Source: Octopus sinensis
Taxonomy: Eukaryota
Assembly: GCF_006345805.1 (NCBI RefSeq)
Contig: NC_043009.1
Location: 65,038,001-65,102,000 of the forward strand
Direction: 5' to 3'
DNA: 64,000 nucleotides
The position numbers and the translations under genes are program-made. The notes under the pieces were generated by a model. It saw only the letters and a list, made by a program, of their open reading frames with translations. It was not told the DNA's origin and did no database searches. Positions 13,314-27,425 of the stretch are shown here, one piece after another. Within the stretch, counting starts at the first letter, position 1. Each line of letters opens with the position of its first letter.

Positions 13314-15261
13314 ACAGGGTAACGCCATTGGTAAGTGTTGAGAAGGTGAAAGGGGAGAGTGAAGTGTAGTGTCAAATATTTCTATGTACTCAAAGTCTGA
13401 CGCGTTTCACTGATTGCATACGCGTCATGAGTCCGTCATTGCTGTATAAGAGGGTATGAGTAAAGCAAATTTGTCTGCTTTCTCTAGATTTACTGATCAT
13501 AGAGAGGATCACCCGTCAGCAGTATTTTTAAAATAGTCAATAATATCAAGTATCATAGCTTTTAGGGGACGAAAATGGCGACTGATTTCGTCTCCCAGAT
13601 CAAACCGTTTCACTTCACAAAGCCAGGAACATGGGATCTCATTTACTTCATCGTTTCTGTTTCTACAGGAATTTAATTTCTTGGTGATATTCGAAACAAT
13701 TTCGCGTGTTTTATTTCGATATATCTACAAGTGTTTTTTTCATAATGCTCACTCGTATTTGTGTGTCAGTTAAAAGAGCATTTGACTGATTATCGCTCGT
13801 TAATTAATATATGTATAATTAATTGTCAATTGAAATATGATATTTGGCACTTTTATGGGAAAAAAATCAAACATTTATAAGCGATAAATCAAAAACATTA
13901 TTAATTAATAGCATTGTGTGATGAATGCAATGGAAAAGTCGAGGTAAATTGAGAAAGTCGAGCCAGTTATCCGGTTTCGGTTCTCGATTGACAATAATTC
14001 ACATCTCTTCCTTTTCGATACGTAAATGGCGAAAGTAGAAGAACGTTACACAATCTCATTTCTATAACTTATAAACCATGGTCTTGAATCAAGCTAATAT
14101 GATAACAAGCACTTTATATTATCTAGTTTATTAATAATAATAGCAACAGAAGTATCAGGTCCTCCCATAAGTAATGTCGTTTATTGTGGTAGGCTTTGAA
14201 GAAATAAAAAACAAGTAAGGTAGTATATATTCCCCATCTGAATGAGTTAGTTGGTGTGGTACTTTCACAGCTTGTATTATACAGAAACATTTACATGTCG
14301 TTTAGTTAGTTGAATACCGAGAAGAAATATACATAAGTCTAACTGCCTAAATTTAAATTGCATATAGCTACATATAAACTATATATATATATATAGAATA
14401 GAAAGTTTTGAATGGTACAACAATGTACTATAATACAAATAAGGGACTATAATAGCTGTTGTAATTTAACCATCCATGGTCTGATATGATATTTCGGAAT
14501 AATATTCCTTTTTCAGATATTCTTAGATGGAGTTGCTGCTATAATCGGTTTTCCAACGGCTTTTCTTTTTTCGGAAGAATGTGGAACCACTTCTTAGCCA
14601 TTATTGTTCTACGATCTACTCTGGCCTGGAGTAGCAATACCTGTCAGGGTTTCAGCTAAGGGTTAATTGCTATATTAGGGCTTGCCTACCAATGCAATTG
14701 AAGATCTGGTAGACTCTCATTTTACAAAAGCGGCGAAGGCGACTGTAGCAATGCACCGTGGAACGTTGAGAGCAAGATGTGGCAAGACATCTCGGTCATC
14801 CAAACATCCTTCTCCATCCCTAGTCTTCTTGAGCTGGTGTTGCTACCATATTGAAGATGGGTGAGTGAGGCTGAAGGTGCCTCAATCTTCTTCATTTTAA
14901 ACAAAGTTACTACGCAAGTCATCAGTCATCCTTAAGGATGAATAAATGGTCCGCTTCGTTCCGGTGGACGAACAGGACCATGATAGGTATATATTGCTTT
15001 GATGCGGTGCTTAGCTGACCCAACACTGCTGCGAAATCCCATCACGCATCCAACTCGTTTCATCTCCTCGCACGCCCTTCTCCTCAGATATTTGACGCAG
15101 CCATATTGTGAAAGAACCTCAAAGATCTGTGCTCGGTCATATAGCCCTAAGTTATCATTTCAGTCTGATATTTATTTCATCGACCTCCCTTTAGAGAACC
15201 GCTTGTTAACCGGACATAAAAAAATAGCCTTGATTTTTAACTGGTGAAGGCGTAAAACACA

Positions 15262-15300
<39 letters not shown>

Positions 15301-15364
15301 GCATACGCACGCTCACACAGGTATGTATGTATGTGCATATATATAATATATATATAACCTTTTA

Positions 15365-15738
15365 TCTGTTTCAGTCACCAGACTGCGGCCATGCTGGATC
15401 AAGCCTTGATAAACTTTTAGTCGAATGAATCGAGCCAGTACTTATACTTTTTTTTAGCTCTCATACTTATTCTATCGGTCTCTTATGTCAAACAGGTAGG
15501 TTACAGGGACGCAAATAAACCAACACTTGTCAAGCGATGGTCGTGGGAAAACACACACACACACACATATACATTTATATATGACGGGCTTCTTTCAGTT
15601 TCCCTCTACCAAATCCACGGACAAGGCTTCAGTCGAGGCTGTTGTAGAAGACATTTGTTGAAGGTGCCATGCAATAGAACTGAGCTCTGAACCATTTGAT
15701 TGGAAAGCAAACTTCTTACCACACAACCACGACGGCAC
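15365..15738 (-). mobile_element. SINE family C, full length
   Basis: Runs from the 3' end TTTCAGTCA..GACTGCGGCCATGCTGG to the head CTTCTTACCACACAACCACG. Confidence 0.8.
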
Positions 15739-15908
15739 ATATATATGTATACACACACATATATATATACATATATATGAATGTATACATATATGCATGT
15801 ATGTATATATGTCTGTATATATATACATATATATGTATGTATACATATATGCATGTATGTATATATGTCTGTATATATATACATATATATTATGTATGTA
15901 TGCATACA

Positions 15909-15973
<65 letters not shown>

Positions 15974-16207
15974 GTGTGTGTGTTGTGTATAATATGTGTA
16001 TGTTTTTTAAAAGCTTTTGTAAAAAATTTGATACAGTCGCAATAATTGAAATTTTGTAATAAAATATACGAACCATTAAAAAATCTTTAAACTCCAACCT
16101 TTATGGAAGAAGTTTGCGGATCGTGCGTATTTCGTTGCCCAACGTTTCAAACACACGTGGTCCAGACTGATGCGTATAGTGGAAGTTGTTTTTAGTAATG
16201 GTGTTGA

Positions 16208-16975
16208 CTATTTCCGGTTTAGTTTCGGATTTACAATTCTTATTAAGTTATTATTTTGCTTTTAGTAGCAGGTTGCTTTCATATGTTTTTTTGTGGAAGA
16301 GGAATATTTTGAATTTTTCATTTGCCCCAAATCTAGTTACTTACGGCACAGGACGTTTCTAAGACATGAATTTATAATTTACTATTTATGGTCATTTACA
16401 CAATTGGTTAATTTCATTCCTGTTTCTCCAATGTAATTCTCACTGCATTGTAGACATGAGATGCAGCAGATGAAACTTTTGGTTTCACAATTCTTGTTTG
16501 CATTCGCTTTCAGTTCCTTTCCATTCTTGAATCTCGGTTGTTCTTTATTCAATTATAAAACATTTCCCGCAACGAGGGTGTTTACAGTTTCTTACTTGCA
16601 TCATTTATTTCTCAAATGTCGATCTCACCTTTGATAAGAGTCTTTTGAGATTTGGGGCTTCTCTTTGGCTGCTGACAATTTCAGATTGTTTTAATTATTT
16701 GTTGGAGACTTTTGATGACTGGCGTAGAATTGGGATGCATCGTTTGGCTGAAGGTAGAATATTTATACTCCCAGTTTTGCTTTCACCCTCAGCGGGAGTG
16801 ATTCTCCTTAAAGCAGGGATTACCTTTGCTTTGGTTATGGCATAATTTATTAACTTTTCGGTGTATTTCTGCTTTCGAAGGAACACATTTAGTTCTATGA
16901 GTCGCTTCTCTTGTGGATTTGAGTCTGTAATTATCGAGCTCATATGTCTTGCCATATTAAAATGGTAAGTTCTTT
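16208..16975 (-). mobile_element. Penelope-like element remnant: RT thumb, Cys-rich linker and GIY-YIG endonuclease (frameshifted)
   Basis: Minus strand: FNMARHMSSIITDSNPQEKRLIELNVFLRKQKYTEKLI (RT thumb); CKHPRCGKC (16560-16586); CETKSFICCISCLQCSENYIGETG (YIGETG at 16418-16435); ends VNPKLNRK* (stop at 16208-16210). Confidence 0.85.
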
Positions 16976-17649
16976 TTTGTATGAGAGGGGGGAAACAAAA
17001 ATACAAATATAAATATTCCATTTGTAGTTACATATAATGTAAATGTGTGTGTGTATGTTTGTGTGTGTATATATATGTATATATATGTATATATATGTAT
17101 ATATATATGTATGTCATAGTTTGTGGCAATATGGCGAGATATATATTTTACCGGACTTATTATTGGTGATGTCTATCTGATTAACAATCTCTTCCATGAT
17201 CAGCCTTTAGATACGGAGGAATTCTCTGGCAAACCGCCATCACCATTTTTCATGGACATGGAGCCGTTATGTCTACCAGTTCTGAACAGCGTTTTAGATG
17301 TTTCTATTGTGAATTATATTGCTCGGCTGCTTGTGCTTATGGCATAGAACTCCTTCCATGCACAAATGCTAGTGGGTTAATGTCCAAGATAGACAGGCGC
17401 AAGGGGAGAACGATTCTTTGAAAGAAACAATTTTGATAGGTCAGTACCAAAACGGACAAATGTAGTTTGTTTTTCATAATGAAACGTGAGAGTTACTTAC
17501 GAGAACATTCTTTTTAGAGTTTGCAGAAAAAAAAATACAAAAAGTATTCCTGCAAACAGATGCTGCCACTCTGGCATTTCTACAACGATTGTTCTTTTAT
17601 CACATTTTAGGATTCTATTATTTTGAAGTAAATTACGCGAAGCAAGTGG

Positions 17650-17768
17650 CTTCTTCTTCTTCTTCTTCTTCTTCTTCTTCTTCTTCTTCTTCTTCTTCTT
17701 CTTCTTCTTCTTCTTCTCTTCTTCTTCTTCTTCTTTTCTTCTTCTTCTTCTTCTTCTTCTTCTTCTTT
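17650..17768. repeat. (CTT)n microsatellite
   Basis: Direct inspection. Confidence 0.95.
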
Positions 17769-17829
17769 TCAGGTAGAGTCACTATTTGCTGTTCTTGGTT
17801 ATCCATGTTATCCCTGTCAACATCCACCT

Positions 17830-18027
17830 TCAATTCACTAACCTCCTACCAGTAGCGCAGAAATGGCACGAGACCGGGGTGTCGTTGCTGAGTCTAATGT
17901 CTCGGAGGTGTTCCGCAAACCAGTCAGCCGAGCGGCGTCCCGTTTGACCGATGTACAGAGAAGGACAGAAAGAGCAGGAGATGCAGTAAATGACGTGGCT
18001 AGAAGTCTATGTGAAGGAGTCAGTGAT
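17830..18027 (-). mobile_element. Penelope-like GIY-YIG endonuclease fragment
   Basis: The minus strand translates ITDSFT*TSSHVIYCISCSFCPSLYIGQTGRRSADWFAEHLRDIRLSNDTPVSCHF (YIGQTG at 17938-17955, in-frame stop at 18007-18009). This is the characteristic PLE VIY...C..C..YIG.T.R...EH pattern; the ORF track misses it. Confidence 0.9.
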
Positions 18028-18092
18028 GTGATAGGGACGATGATAGGTGCTAACGTTTCTGCCAGCTCGCCGCCTTGATATAAACTTACATA

Positions 18093-18126
<34 letters not shown>

Positions 18127-18334
18127 TGCGTGCGTGCGTATGTGTGTGTATGTGTGTGTACGTGTTAGTTCCTCACAACCGCTTGGCAACCGGTGTGGAT
18201 TATTTACGTTCCTGTAAACTAGCGCTTCGGTTGAAAAACAAACGAGAGAATAGGTACAAGATTTAAAAAATAAGTACTCCAATTGATTCATTCGACTAAG
18301 AAATACTTCATATACATACTTACATGTATGTATG

Positions 18335-18373
<39 letters not shown>

Positions 18374-18502
18374 ATATATATATAATATATATATATATAT
18401 AGATAGATAGATAGATAGATAAAACTTACTTGGAAGAGGATGCGTGGTATTCAGTCAATATAATATAAAAAATAATATATAGATATATATATATATACAT
18501 AC

Positions 18503-18571
<69 letters not shown>

Positions 18572-18615
18572 TGTATATATATATATACATGTATGTATAT
18601 ACTTACATCTATATG

Positions 18616-18671
<56 letters not shown>

Positions 18672-18752
18672 TATGTGTGTGTGTGTGTGTACATCAAAAT
18701 ATACGAAATACGAGTACATGGATATGAACTATTTTTTCGAACATATATATAC

Positions 18753-18840
<88 letters not shown>

Positions 18841-19297
18841 TACACACACAAAAAGATGATTATATTACTGTTATTAATGATATTAATAAGGTAATAATAA
18901 GGTGGCTAGTAAGTTCACACCGTTACAGGAACAATATAAGCTAAATTTAGATTCAGTGTACAGGTATATACTTATGATTGAATTCATGAATATGTGTGTG
19001 TATATACATAAAGTGAGATTGGAAGAAAAGCATAGACACATGCATATATACATTGATATATTTTATTGCGATTTTAATAAAGCCTTTCATTCTTTCATTT
19101 AATCATACATGCTTCCACACACATTTGTATGTATGTATGTATGTATGTATGTATGTATGTATGTAGTATGTATGTATGTATGTATGTATGTACGTATGTT
19201 GTATCTATCTATCTATCTATCTATCTATATGTATATCTATATGTATATATATATATATATATATAGATGTGCAAGAGGTAGTATATACCCAACTGAA

Positions 19298-19376
<79 letters not shown>

Positions 19377-19703
19377 GATAGATAGATAGAAGATAGATAG
19401 ATAGATAAGATAGATAGATAGATAGATAGATAGTAGATAGATAAAACTTACTTGGAAAAGGATGCATGGCGTTCGATCTTATAATAATATAAATAATATA
19501 TAAATATATGCATATATACATACATAGGTATGTACATATATGTATGTATATATGCATATATTTATATATTATTTATATTATTATACACACACACACACAC
19601 ATACATGTATATATTTAGATGCCCACACCCACTCACACACATATATATAACTAAATAGATAGATAGACAGATAGACAAGCAGACAGATATATAGATAAAT
19701 AGG

Positions 19704-19739
<36 letters not shown>

Positions 19740-19768
19740 GAGATAGATAGATAGATAGATAGAGAGAG

Positions 19769-19821
<53 letters not shown>

Positions 19822-20877
19822 TGCATTTATGCATACATGCATATTTATATATTTATATATTTATACGTATACGAACGTATGTATATAATGTATATATGTA
19901 TACAAACATTTGCATGTACATACCTTCATATATTAATGCTGATATATGCGTGTATACAAATACGTATATCCGTTTGTAGGTATGTGCGTGTATACATTCA
20001 CACACACACACACATACATACATACATACATACATACATACATACATACCTATATATATATATGTATATATATATCAATGCATATGCATGTGTGTATACG
20101 TTTCTTCCAATCTCACTTTTACGCATATATACGCACACATATCTATGTATCCATTCATACACATGTACCTGTATACATTATACATTATATATACATCTCT
20201 CTCTCTATAACTCCATACATACTCTGTATACACACACACACGCACACATATATACATTATGTATGCTTTGCATATACATATATACGAGTATGTACCTGGT
20301 CGTCTGCGTGCGTGTTTCCGTGTTTTTCCGCCCGTTTTTTTTCTTCCTTTCTCCTTATGTATATTTTACTACGGCTTTAATAACTCCTTTCATTCTTTCA
20401 TTTAATCATACATGCTTCCACACACATCTGTATGAATGCCTGTACATACGTATGTATATATGTATATATACATATATATATAAGGGGACACTCTTATAAA
20501 TAAATAAACACTGTTCCTATGTAAGGTATGTATATTGTAATTAACCGCAGCAGTAAATAATACGCAATAAGGGTTCTTATAAATAAGTAATCCCCGTCAC
20601 CCTCCGTAATGTTTGTATAGTGTGACTTATCGGAGTCGTTAAATATACACACGGACATCTTGTAAATAACTCAGCGTCTGTATAATGTGCTTATGGTGTG
20701 ACCTGGGCTGCCGTAAAAATATCCACAACGCTATTATTTATTTATTTCATATATACACTCACCCACACACACACACACACACACAACACACACGTACAGG
20801 TGGAATATATCGACTCTAACATCAAATACTTTTTGTTGAGATATACATACGTACATATGTGTGTGAGTGTGTGTGTA

Positions 20878-20920
<43 letters not shown>

Positions 20921-21557
20921 TATCGTCGTAGCGTGGCTTCAGAGGAGAGAGGAAGAGAGAGAAGAAGAAGAGGTATTATGCTGCGAGTTGCCCAGTAAGT
21001 GATGTGTAATTACTACATAGTAAAACGGGAGCTAGCATAGTTGATGTCGTAAACCGAGCTAACAAAATCGCTTCCGGTTTCTGGATTTGGCGTCGCTATG
21101 GAGGTGAGCGAGAAAGAGAAAGAAAGAGAGAGAACGAGAAAGAGAAAAAGAGAGAGAGAGAGGAAGAGAAGGGGGAGGGATGGAGGGAGAGAAAGAAAGA
21201 CTGAGATGGAAAAAGGGAAAGAGAAAGAATACGTTTTGTGATTGTTTCTTCTCGATTGCTTTTAGAGCTTTGAATATTTTACATTCACTTTGTTGTTGCC
21301 GAGTGGTGGTGGTGGTGGTGGTGGTGTGATGGTGGTGGTGGTGGTGGTGGTGGTGGTGGTGATGGTGCTTTAGCCCCCAGATTATCCTTGAGCCAAGAGT
21401 TCAATGACAGTTGCTCTATCCGTGACCATCATATATAAAATCCGTGACCATCTTTATATAAAATTAGATTAAAAAGTGCTTCTTTATTTTTCTTTTGAAA
21501 AGTAGAATCTGATACGAGGGATATTTTGCTGCGATTTCTAATTGATAGAAAGACATT

Positions 21558-21594
<37 letters not shown>

Positions 21595-21639
21595 AAGTGT
21601 TCCAGACGTGACTATCGCATCTTTTTTCTTTATTTCCAG

Positions 21640-21835
21640 CATAGTAAATCTAGGATCGTCGCACCCAATTCCCAGTGTGACACGTCGTGTTCTTGAGCAA
21701 AAACACTTCATTCCACGTTGTCCCAGTCCACTCAGCAGCAAATGGGTCACCCTACGACCGAATAGCCTTCCGATCAAGGTAAATGTTGGTCCGCTTACCT
21801 AGCCAACGGGGTGGCATCATTCGAAAGCTAGCCTG
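21640..21835 (+). mobile_element. Diverged SINE-like copy with core GTGTTCTTGAGCAAAAACACTT
   Basis: The core resembles CORE/V-type central domains; the tail is similar to the reverse complement of the 41200-41310 tail. Confidence 0.5.
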
Positions 21836-22332
21836 GTCGATCGCATGACCATGTGATAGTATGATGTACGGTTTTGAACTTAGTTCGATCGAGTTTGACG
21901 AAAGGTTGTGACCTTTCATAATACTTTGGTAACATTAACTGACCGCAGGTCAAAGAGGGTACGCTGATCAGGATCGAAATATCTTCTTGGCCTCTTGATC
22001 TGCTAAAAATATTAACCTAATATTCTAAAGTCACAGCATAGCGACATAAAAATAGGACATATTTAACAATGGTCAACTTTGGTATCGACAAAACTGCTCT
22101 ATCCAGCATTGTATTCAGGAATTATATCGCATCTCAATCTCTGGAAGACCGCCACTAAGTGTCTTAAAATCGGTCCTAAAAGTGTCCTAAAATCGGTGAA
22201 GACACAACGGAGTCTTCAGTTTGTTGTCAATCACAGTTGACACATTGGCCTTCCAGCTACGATCGGCACCAATTATTGGGCGCTGTTTAGCGGAGCCAAC
22301 TGATACATAGATCTCACCACGACCTGCAGATA

Positions 22333-22587
22333 AAACATGGGCTACAGCAAATATTCTGCTCAATACCACAGATTTGCTTGTCAGTTGTTTGACCATAACC
22401 AGTTGACCATGTCCCTTAGTGGCTGACGATATGTGCATCTCTGATCACGAGCAGAAGTAGTGAGGGAGCATCATAGCCGTGTGTTGAAAGGAATTCTTAG
22501 AGGTTTGGATAATTCACCTTTGGAAACATGGGTGTTTCGTTCAACATCCTTAAACAATCCTTATTCATGGACCTTTTGAGCGGGATG
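22333..22587. mobile_element. 255-bp insertion with a perfect 23-bp target-site duplication
   Basis: GATCTCACCACGACCTGCAGATA at 22310-22332 and again at 22588-22610. Confidence 0.85.
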
Positions 22588-25466
22588 GATCTCACCACGA
22601 CCTGCAGATATGATTCTTCATAAAAATACTTCACACAATGCCAGAATATTTACAGATGATATCTGACAAACAAGATGCTGCAATGTTCACGCTCCATCTC
22701 TTTAAGGATCTTAGCGACGAATGAATAATTCACTGAATCAACAGACAAGAATCGAAACATGATCGCGACCCCGGTTTACTGAAAATGTAGTTTGTAGTGC
22801 ACACACGGCTGGCTGAAGACGGTCATTTATCAAAGAGACGTTGAAAATTACACAAATAAAACATGGCCTTGTCTCACCAGGATACACTGGAGCTGATCTA
22901 CATGTTCTCCCCCCCTCTTTCTCCTCCTTGTTGCTATTTATATTCTTCTGTCTCCTCTCACTCACACCTTTACTCTTTCACCCTTTCACTCCCTCTTTCC
23001 TTCTCTCTCACTCCGCTTCCATTTCTCTTTCTTCCACAAACTAATTATTAAACATTTACCGAATTTGGTTTTAGCCAGCGGCAGGCTTTTGGCATCTTCT
23101 GCATCTGTTGTTTCTGTAATTGCTACAATATATTAAGCATTAATTTCGAATCATCATCATCATCATGATGGATAGCACCATCGATGTGGTGCTCGTCGCT
23201 GGTGGTCATTGATATTATAATGATTATTAAACAGGAATATAAGACACACCTCCACCACAACCACCACCACCCTCGGCATCAGCAATCAGCATCCCTGTCA
23301 CCCACCACCATCACCACCACTAGTCATACAAACGAAAACAACAGCAAAAACGCGCCAACGAGAGTCTTCAAGTGGTCACTCAACCTGTGCAAGAAATAGA
23401 AACAATTTTCCCTCAGAAAAGTATTGTCATAATTGGAAAAACCTTCGGCCACAGACCAGTTCAACCAGCAACAACAACAACAATAAGAAGAACAGCTACA
23501 ACAACGAGATAAGAAAACTCCTCAACTGTATCGCGCCCCCAAAACGATGCTGTATTAATATAACTGTGTACAGAATTCCGGTAAAATCCCTAAAATCTAA
23601 AGGTTTAGTAGCCATAAGCGAGACCAAGATTTCCTTAATGTGATGGAAGTTGTACCTTTAGGCCAGTGGTCAATAATACTCCAACTAAAGCCGATGGTCA
23701 GTCTTTTTCAGCCTCCCAGAAGTATTCTCAGAAATATCTCCCCCTCCACCTCGTCTTAGTGTTAGTGTTTAAGTGTAATGGCTGTACGGTGTGTGAAAGT
23801 AGCCGATAAGAGAAGGAAGGTGCAGCAGAGTCGGTAAACTTTTCAAGCGTTTTCAGCTTTCTGGATTTCTAGAAGGTACCAATATAGACTTAGGTCAGTT
23901 AGTATTTAGAGTTTTATTGCATCCAAGGATAAGGACAACGTAGAGTATTCCCAGTTCCCTGCGGTTGGCTATCAAGAAGTTTGTTATCAACACGGGATCC
24001 TGGAAACTGAACATATTCCCAGCACAGAAGGCTTACAGAAAATGGATTAGCGAGCTCATGAGCTGGGAAAGAAGGAAACGATCCTTAACAAACAATGGTC
24101 GGTCTCTCGAAAGGGAAAGTTGTTAGAGTTTAACAAAAAAGTAACGTTAGAGAATAGTAGATTAGAGGGCGAGCTAATCATTATAGCATCGCAAAAAAAA
24201 AAACAAGAAATTAAAAAAAAAAACGAATACCACTGAATTTAATTTAGGCTTTTAGTTTAAGTGAAGTCCTAGGACAGATTTTATATTCCTATGTGACAGC
24301 CAACATGTAGAACGAATTATAACTGAAAACTTATTCCGGAAGATTTGTAATATCATCAGAGAATGAAAGGAAGTATATTTGCTACGATCGAATGGAAATA
24401 CGGGTGAATGGGAGAATTTCACGACTAAAGTACCTTGAAGGGAATTCTTATCACACAGCCTGCGCCTATCATTATTAATTTTGGGAAACCCCGTATAGGT
24501 AGTGAGGAATACAGCAAAAGACGAGGAAGATTCATTGCAACCGACTTCACTTTTTGTCTGCTAAAGTCCATATTTGAGAAATTTCCGTCTCACTATCTCG
24601 CAAAATCCTTTCTCCTCCACACGCAAATTTGAGGTTTACTATAAATGTGGAGGAACTTTTGATTTGTCAGTTTGTATAAAAGATTGTTTTTCTTTTTATC
24701 TGCTTGGGAAAACCACAGAGGTCTCAACTTTAATAGTGTTCTTTTCTGATCAGAATATATCATGGATTTCGTTACTCGGTTGTAGCTAATTCCCTTACAA
24801 CTCATTCCGGTGATGCCCTGGGAAAACAATAAACGTCACATCTTTGCGTTAACCCTTTCTGCGAAAATGGTGCTCTAATGCTTAGAACCAAACACATCAA
24901 TTTTAAAACAGGTGGCTTGAATTCCTAATAAAAACTGCTCATTTCCTCTACCCTTGAATATATTTGTGTGCGTATGTGCATGCGCGCGTGTTTCGTGTAT
25001 CATATCGTATATGCATAACATAACATAACATAAATAAAACACCGAAACAAAGAACAGGAATATTTATAAAGCCTTTAGCTGTGAAAGGAAATTTTCTTTA
25101 AAAATAAAAACACTTTTGAGATGTATCATGAACGTAGAGAAAAAAGTGACAGGGAAACTCTTGGCAAATCCGTTTCTCTGTAAATTAGCCGTTCATCAGA
25201 AGAGACAAACCGCGACCTTTTCCTTGCCGAAACTATAATGGAATGAGAAACCATATGCCAGAGTTGTTTGGGTTGGTCATCACTTGAACGGTCAACAAAC
25301 TGCGAAAGATATTCGCCAAGAGTTTATTCCACTTTGTTTCATCAATATGTTTCCGTTCTTTAAAAGACTACTTCTCTCACAGCTAAAGGCGTTCAAATAC
25401 TCGAGTGCGCGCACACGTACAAACACACCTCCCTCATACACACACGCGCACACACGCACACACACA

Positions 25467-25498
<32 letters not shown>

Positions 25499-25550
25499 GC
25501 ACACAAACACACACGCATGCACACAACCCAACATACATAACACATAAGGT

Positions 25551-25762
25551 TTCAAATTTTGGCACAAAGCCAGCAATTTCATAAGGGAGGGAGCAAGTTG
25601 ATTACATAGACCCAGGGTTCAACTGGTAATCATATTATCGACCCCGAAAGGAGGAAAAGCAAAGTCGACCTTAGCGGAATTTGAACCCAGAATCTAAAGA
25701 ACTGGACGAAACGCATCTAAGCATTTTATCGGACTCACTGACGATTATACCAGAACGCCGTA
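25551..25762 (-). mobile_element. SINE family A with a variant tail
   Basis: Core GACCCCGAAAGGAGGAAAAGCAAAGTCGACC and B box present. Confidence 0.75.
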
Positions 25763-25852
25763 TTATATATATGCATACATATATACACACATAAATATAT
25801 ACATATATATACACACACATATATATGTATGTATATGTATATATGTATGTAC

Positions 25853-25946
<94 letters not shown>

Positions 25947-25950
25947 ATAG

Positions 25951-25989
<39 letters not shown>

Positions 25990-26028
25990 CTATAAGAGAG
26001 AGGGTACGTACGCCGCTATATATATATA

Positions 26029-26244
26029 TATGTAAAAAAATACAAACTGGGACAAGAACGCAAAACATTTAGAAGACGATACAAAGAATACGGACGGGAC
26101 ATTCGAAGCCTTCAAGATTAATCAGCCGAAATTACGAGGTTGATCCGGTTCTTGACTGAAGATTGAAGGCTTCGAATGTTCCGTCCGTAGTTTTTGTATC
26201 GTCTTCTAAATGTTTTGCGTTCTTGTCCCAGTTTGTATTTTTTT

Positions 26245-26250
<6 letters not shown>
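26029..26250. repeat. Family P2 terminus with inverted duplication (arms 26029-26115 / 26163-26250)
   Basis: Arms of about 87 bp with about 4 differences and a 47-nt spacer; flanked by (TA)n and (CA)n. Confidence 0.9.
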
Positions 26251-26308
<58 letters not shown>

Positions 26309-26939
26309 CACTAATTCACATACACACCGACACATATACATACACACAACATATACCTCCACGCGCACGCACACATACACATACGTACACACATATAAGC
26401 ACAGACACACACATACATACGCACACCAAAACATGCGCACACATACGCACGCACACGCGCAAAAAGAAACTCACACCCCACGGATACACGTATATACATC
26501 CATTTACGCTTACACACGCACACATACAAACGCACACATACACGCACACACAACTACACGCACATACATACACACGCACACGCACACACACACAAATGAA
26601 CCCACACATACATCCCATACGGCACACAACCATACATACACGCACACACATACATACACGCACACAATTATACATATACGCATGTACAAGCACACACGCA
26701 CACATACACTTAGTTAAGCACAGTTACTCGCCATACACACAAAAACGCACATGTACACACACACATACTACAACAAAACACACACGATAATATACACGCA
26801 CACACACATACCTCCCTGTTTCTGACTTGCCTTTCTGACTTGCTAGGGTACCCCCACACCACTCCTTTAATTCTACTATTGCCTGCTACTAGCCATTGTC
26901 CACCATACACACACATACACACACACGCACACACTCACA

Positions 26940-27200
26940 CACACACCCTTGTCATCTCGCACACCTTTTTTACCACTTCCGTCTTTTTAGTATGTGACCT
27001 CGTGAAGACTACCTGCAATTTTTTTTCCTCTGTCCTCCCGTCTCGGGATCTTTCTTTCTCCTATGTTTCCGACGAAGACCTCCGCTCGAAACGTCATACC
27101 CTCCTTCTTCCCTTCTTTCCTGAGCGTCCAATAATTACTTTATTTGTTCCACATCCTCACGTTGTTGTCTTTTTGTTTTCTTGTTGGATTAACTTTATAT
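26940..27200 (+). mobile_element. Family P1 3' terminus (probable PLE) ending in (TA)n
   Basis: Homologous to 55820-55988: CTCGGGATCTT...TTTCCGACGAAGA..TC.GCTCGAAACGT...TTGGATTAACTTTATATA. Confidence 0.75.
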
Positions 27201-27280
27201 ATATAATATATATATATATATATTATATTATTAGTGAATTGAAGAAATGGAGTTGAACGAAGATTGAACAGAAATCGTTT

Positions 27281-27373
27281 TATTGCATTCTACACGTGTT
27301 TCGAAAGCCACAATTTACCAAATTCCGATTGAATAAGGAGACCATATTGTGTCTTTCTCTTCAGGAAGAAATA
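27281..27373 (-). ncRNA. Mirror copy of the type I hammerhead ribozyme
   Basis: Exact reverse complement of 27426-27518 within the palindrome. Confidence 0.8.
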
Positions 27374-27425
27374 GGAAATCCGTTGGCAAAAACAAAAACA
27401 ACGTTGTTTTTGCCAACGGATTTCC

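Noticed and set aside
17863-18078. Plus-strand 71-aa ORF MARDRGVVAES
   Set aside because: It is the antisense shadow of the minus-strand GIY-YIG fragment, ending in a SINE head fragment.
26116-26170. Possible hammerhead in family P2 (CCGAAATT...CTGAAGA / CTGATGA at 33075)
   Set aside because: I could not build stems I and II with correct geometry in either topology, and the downstream motif is GAAT rather than GAAA.
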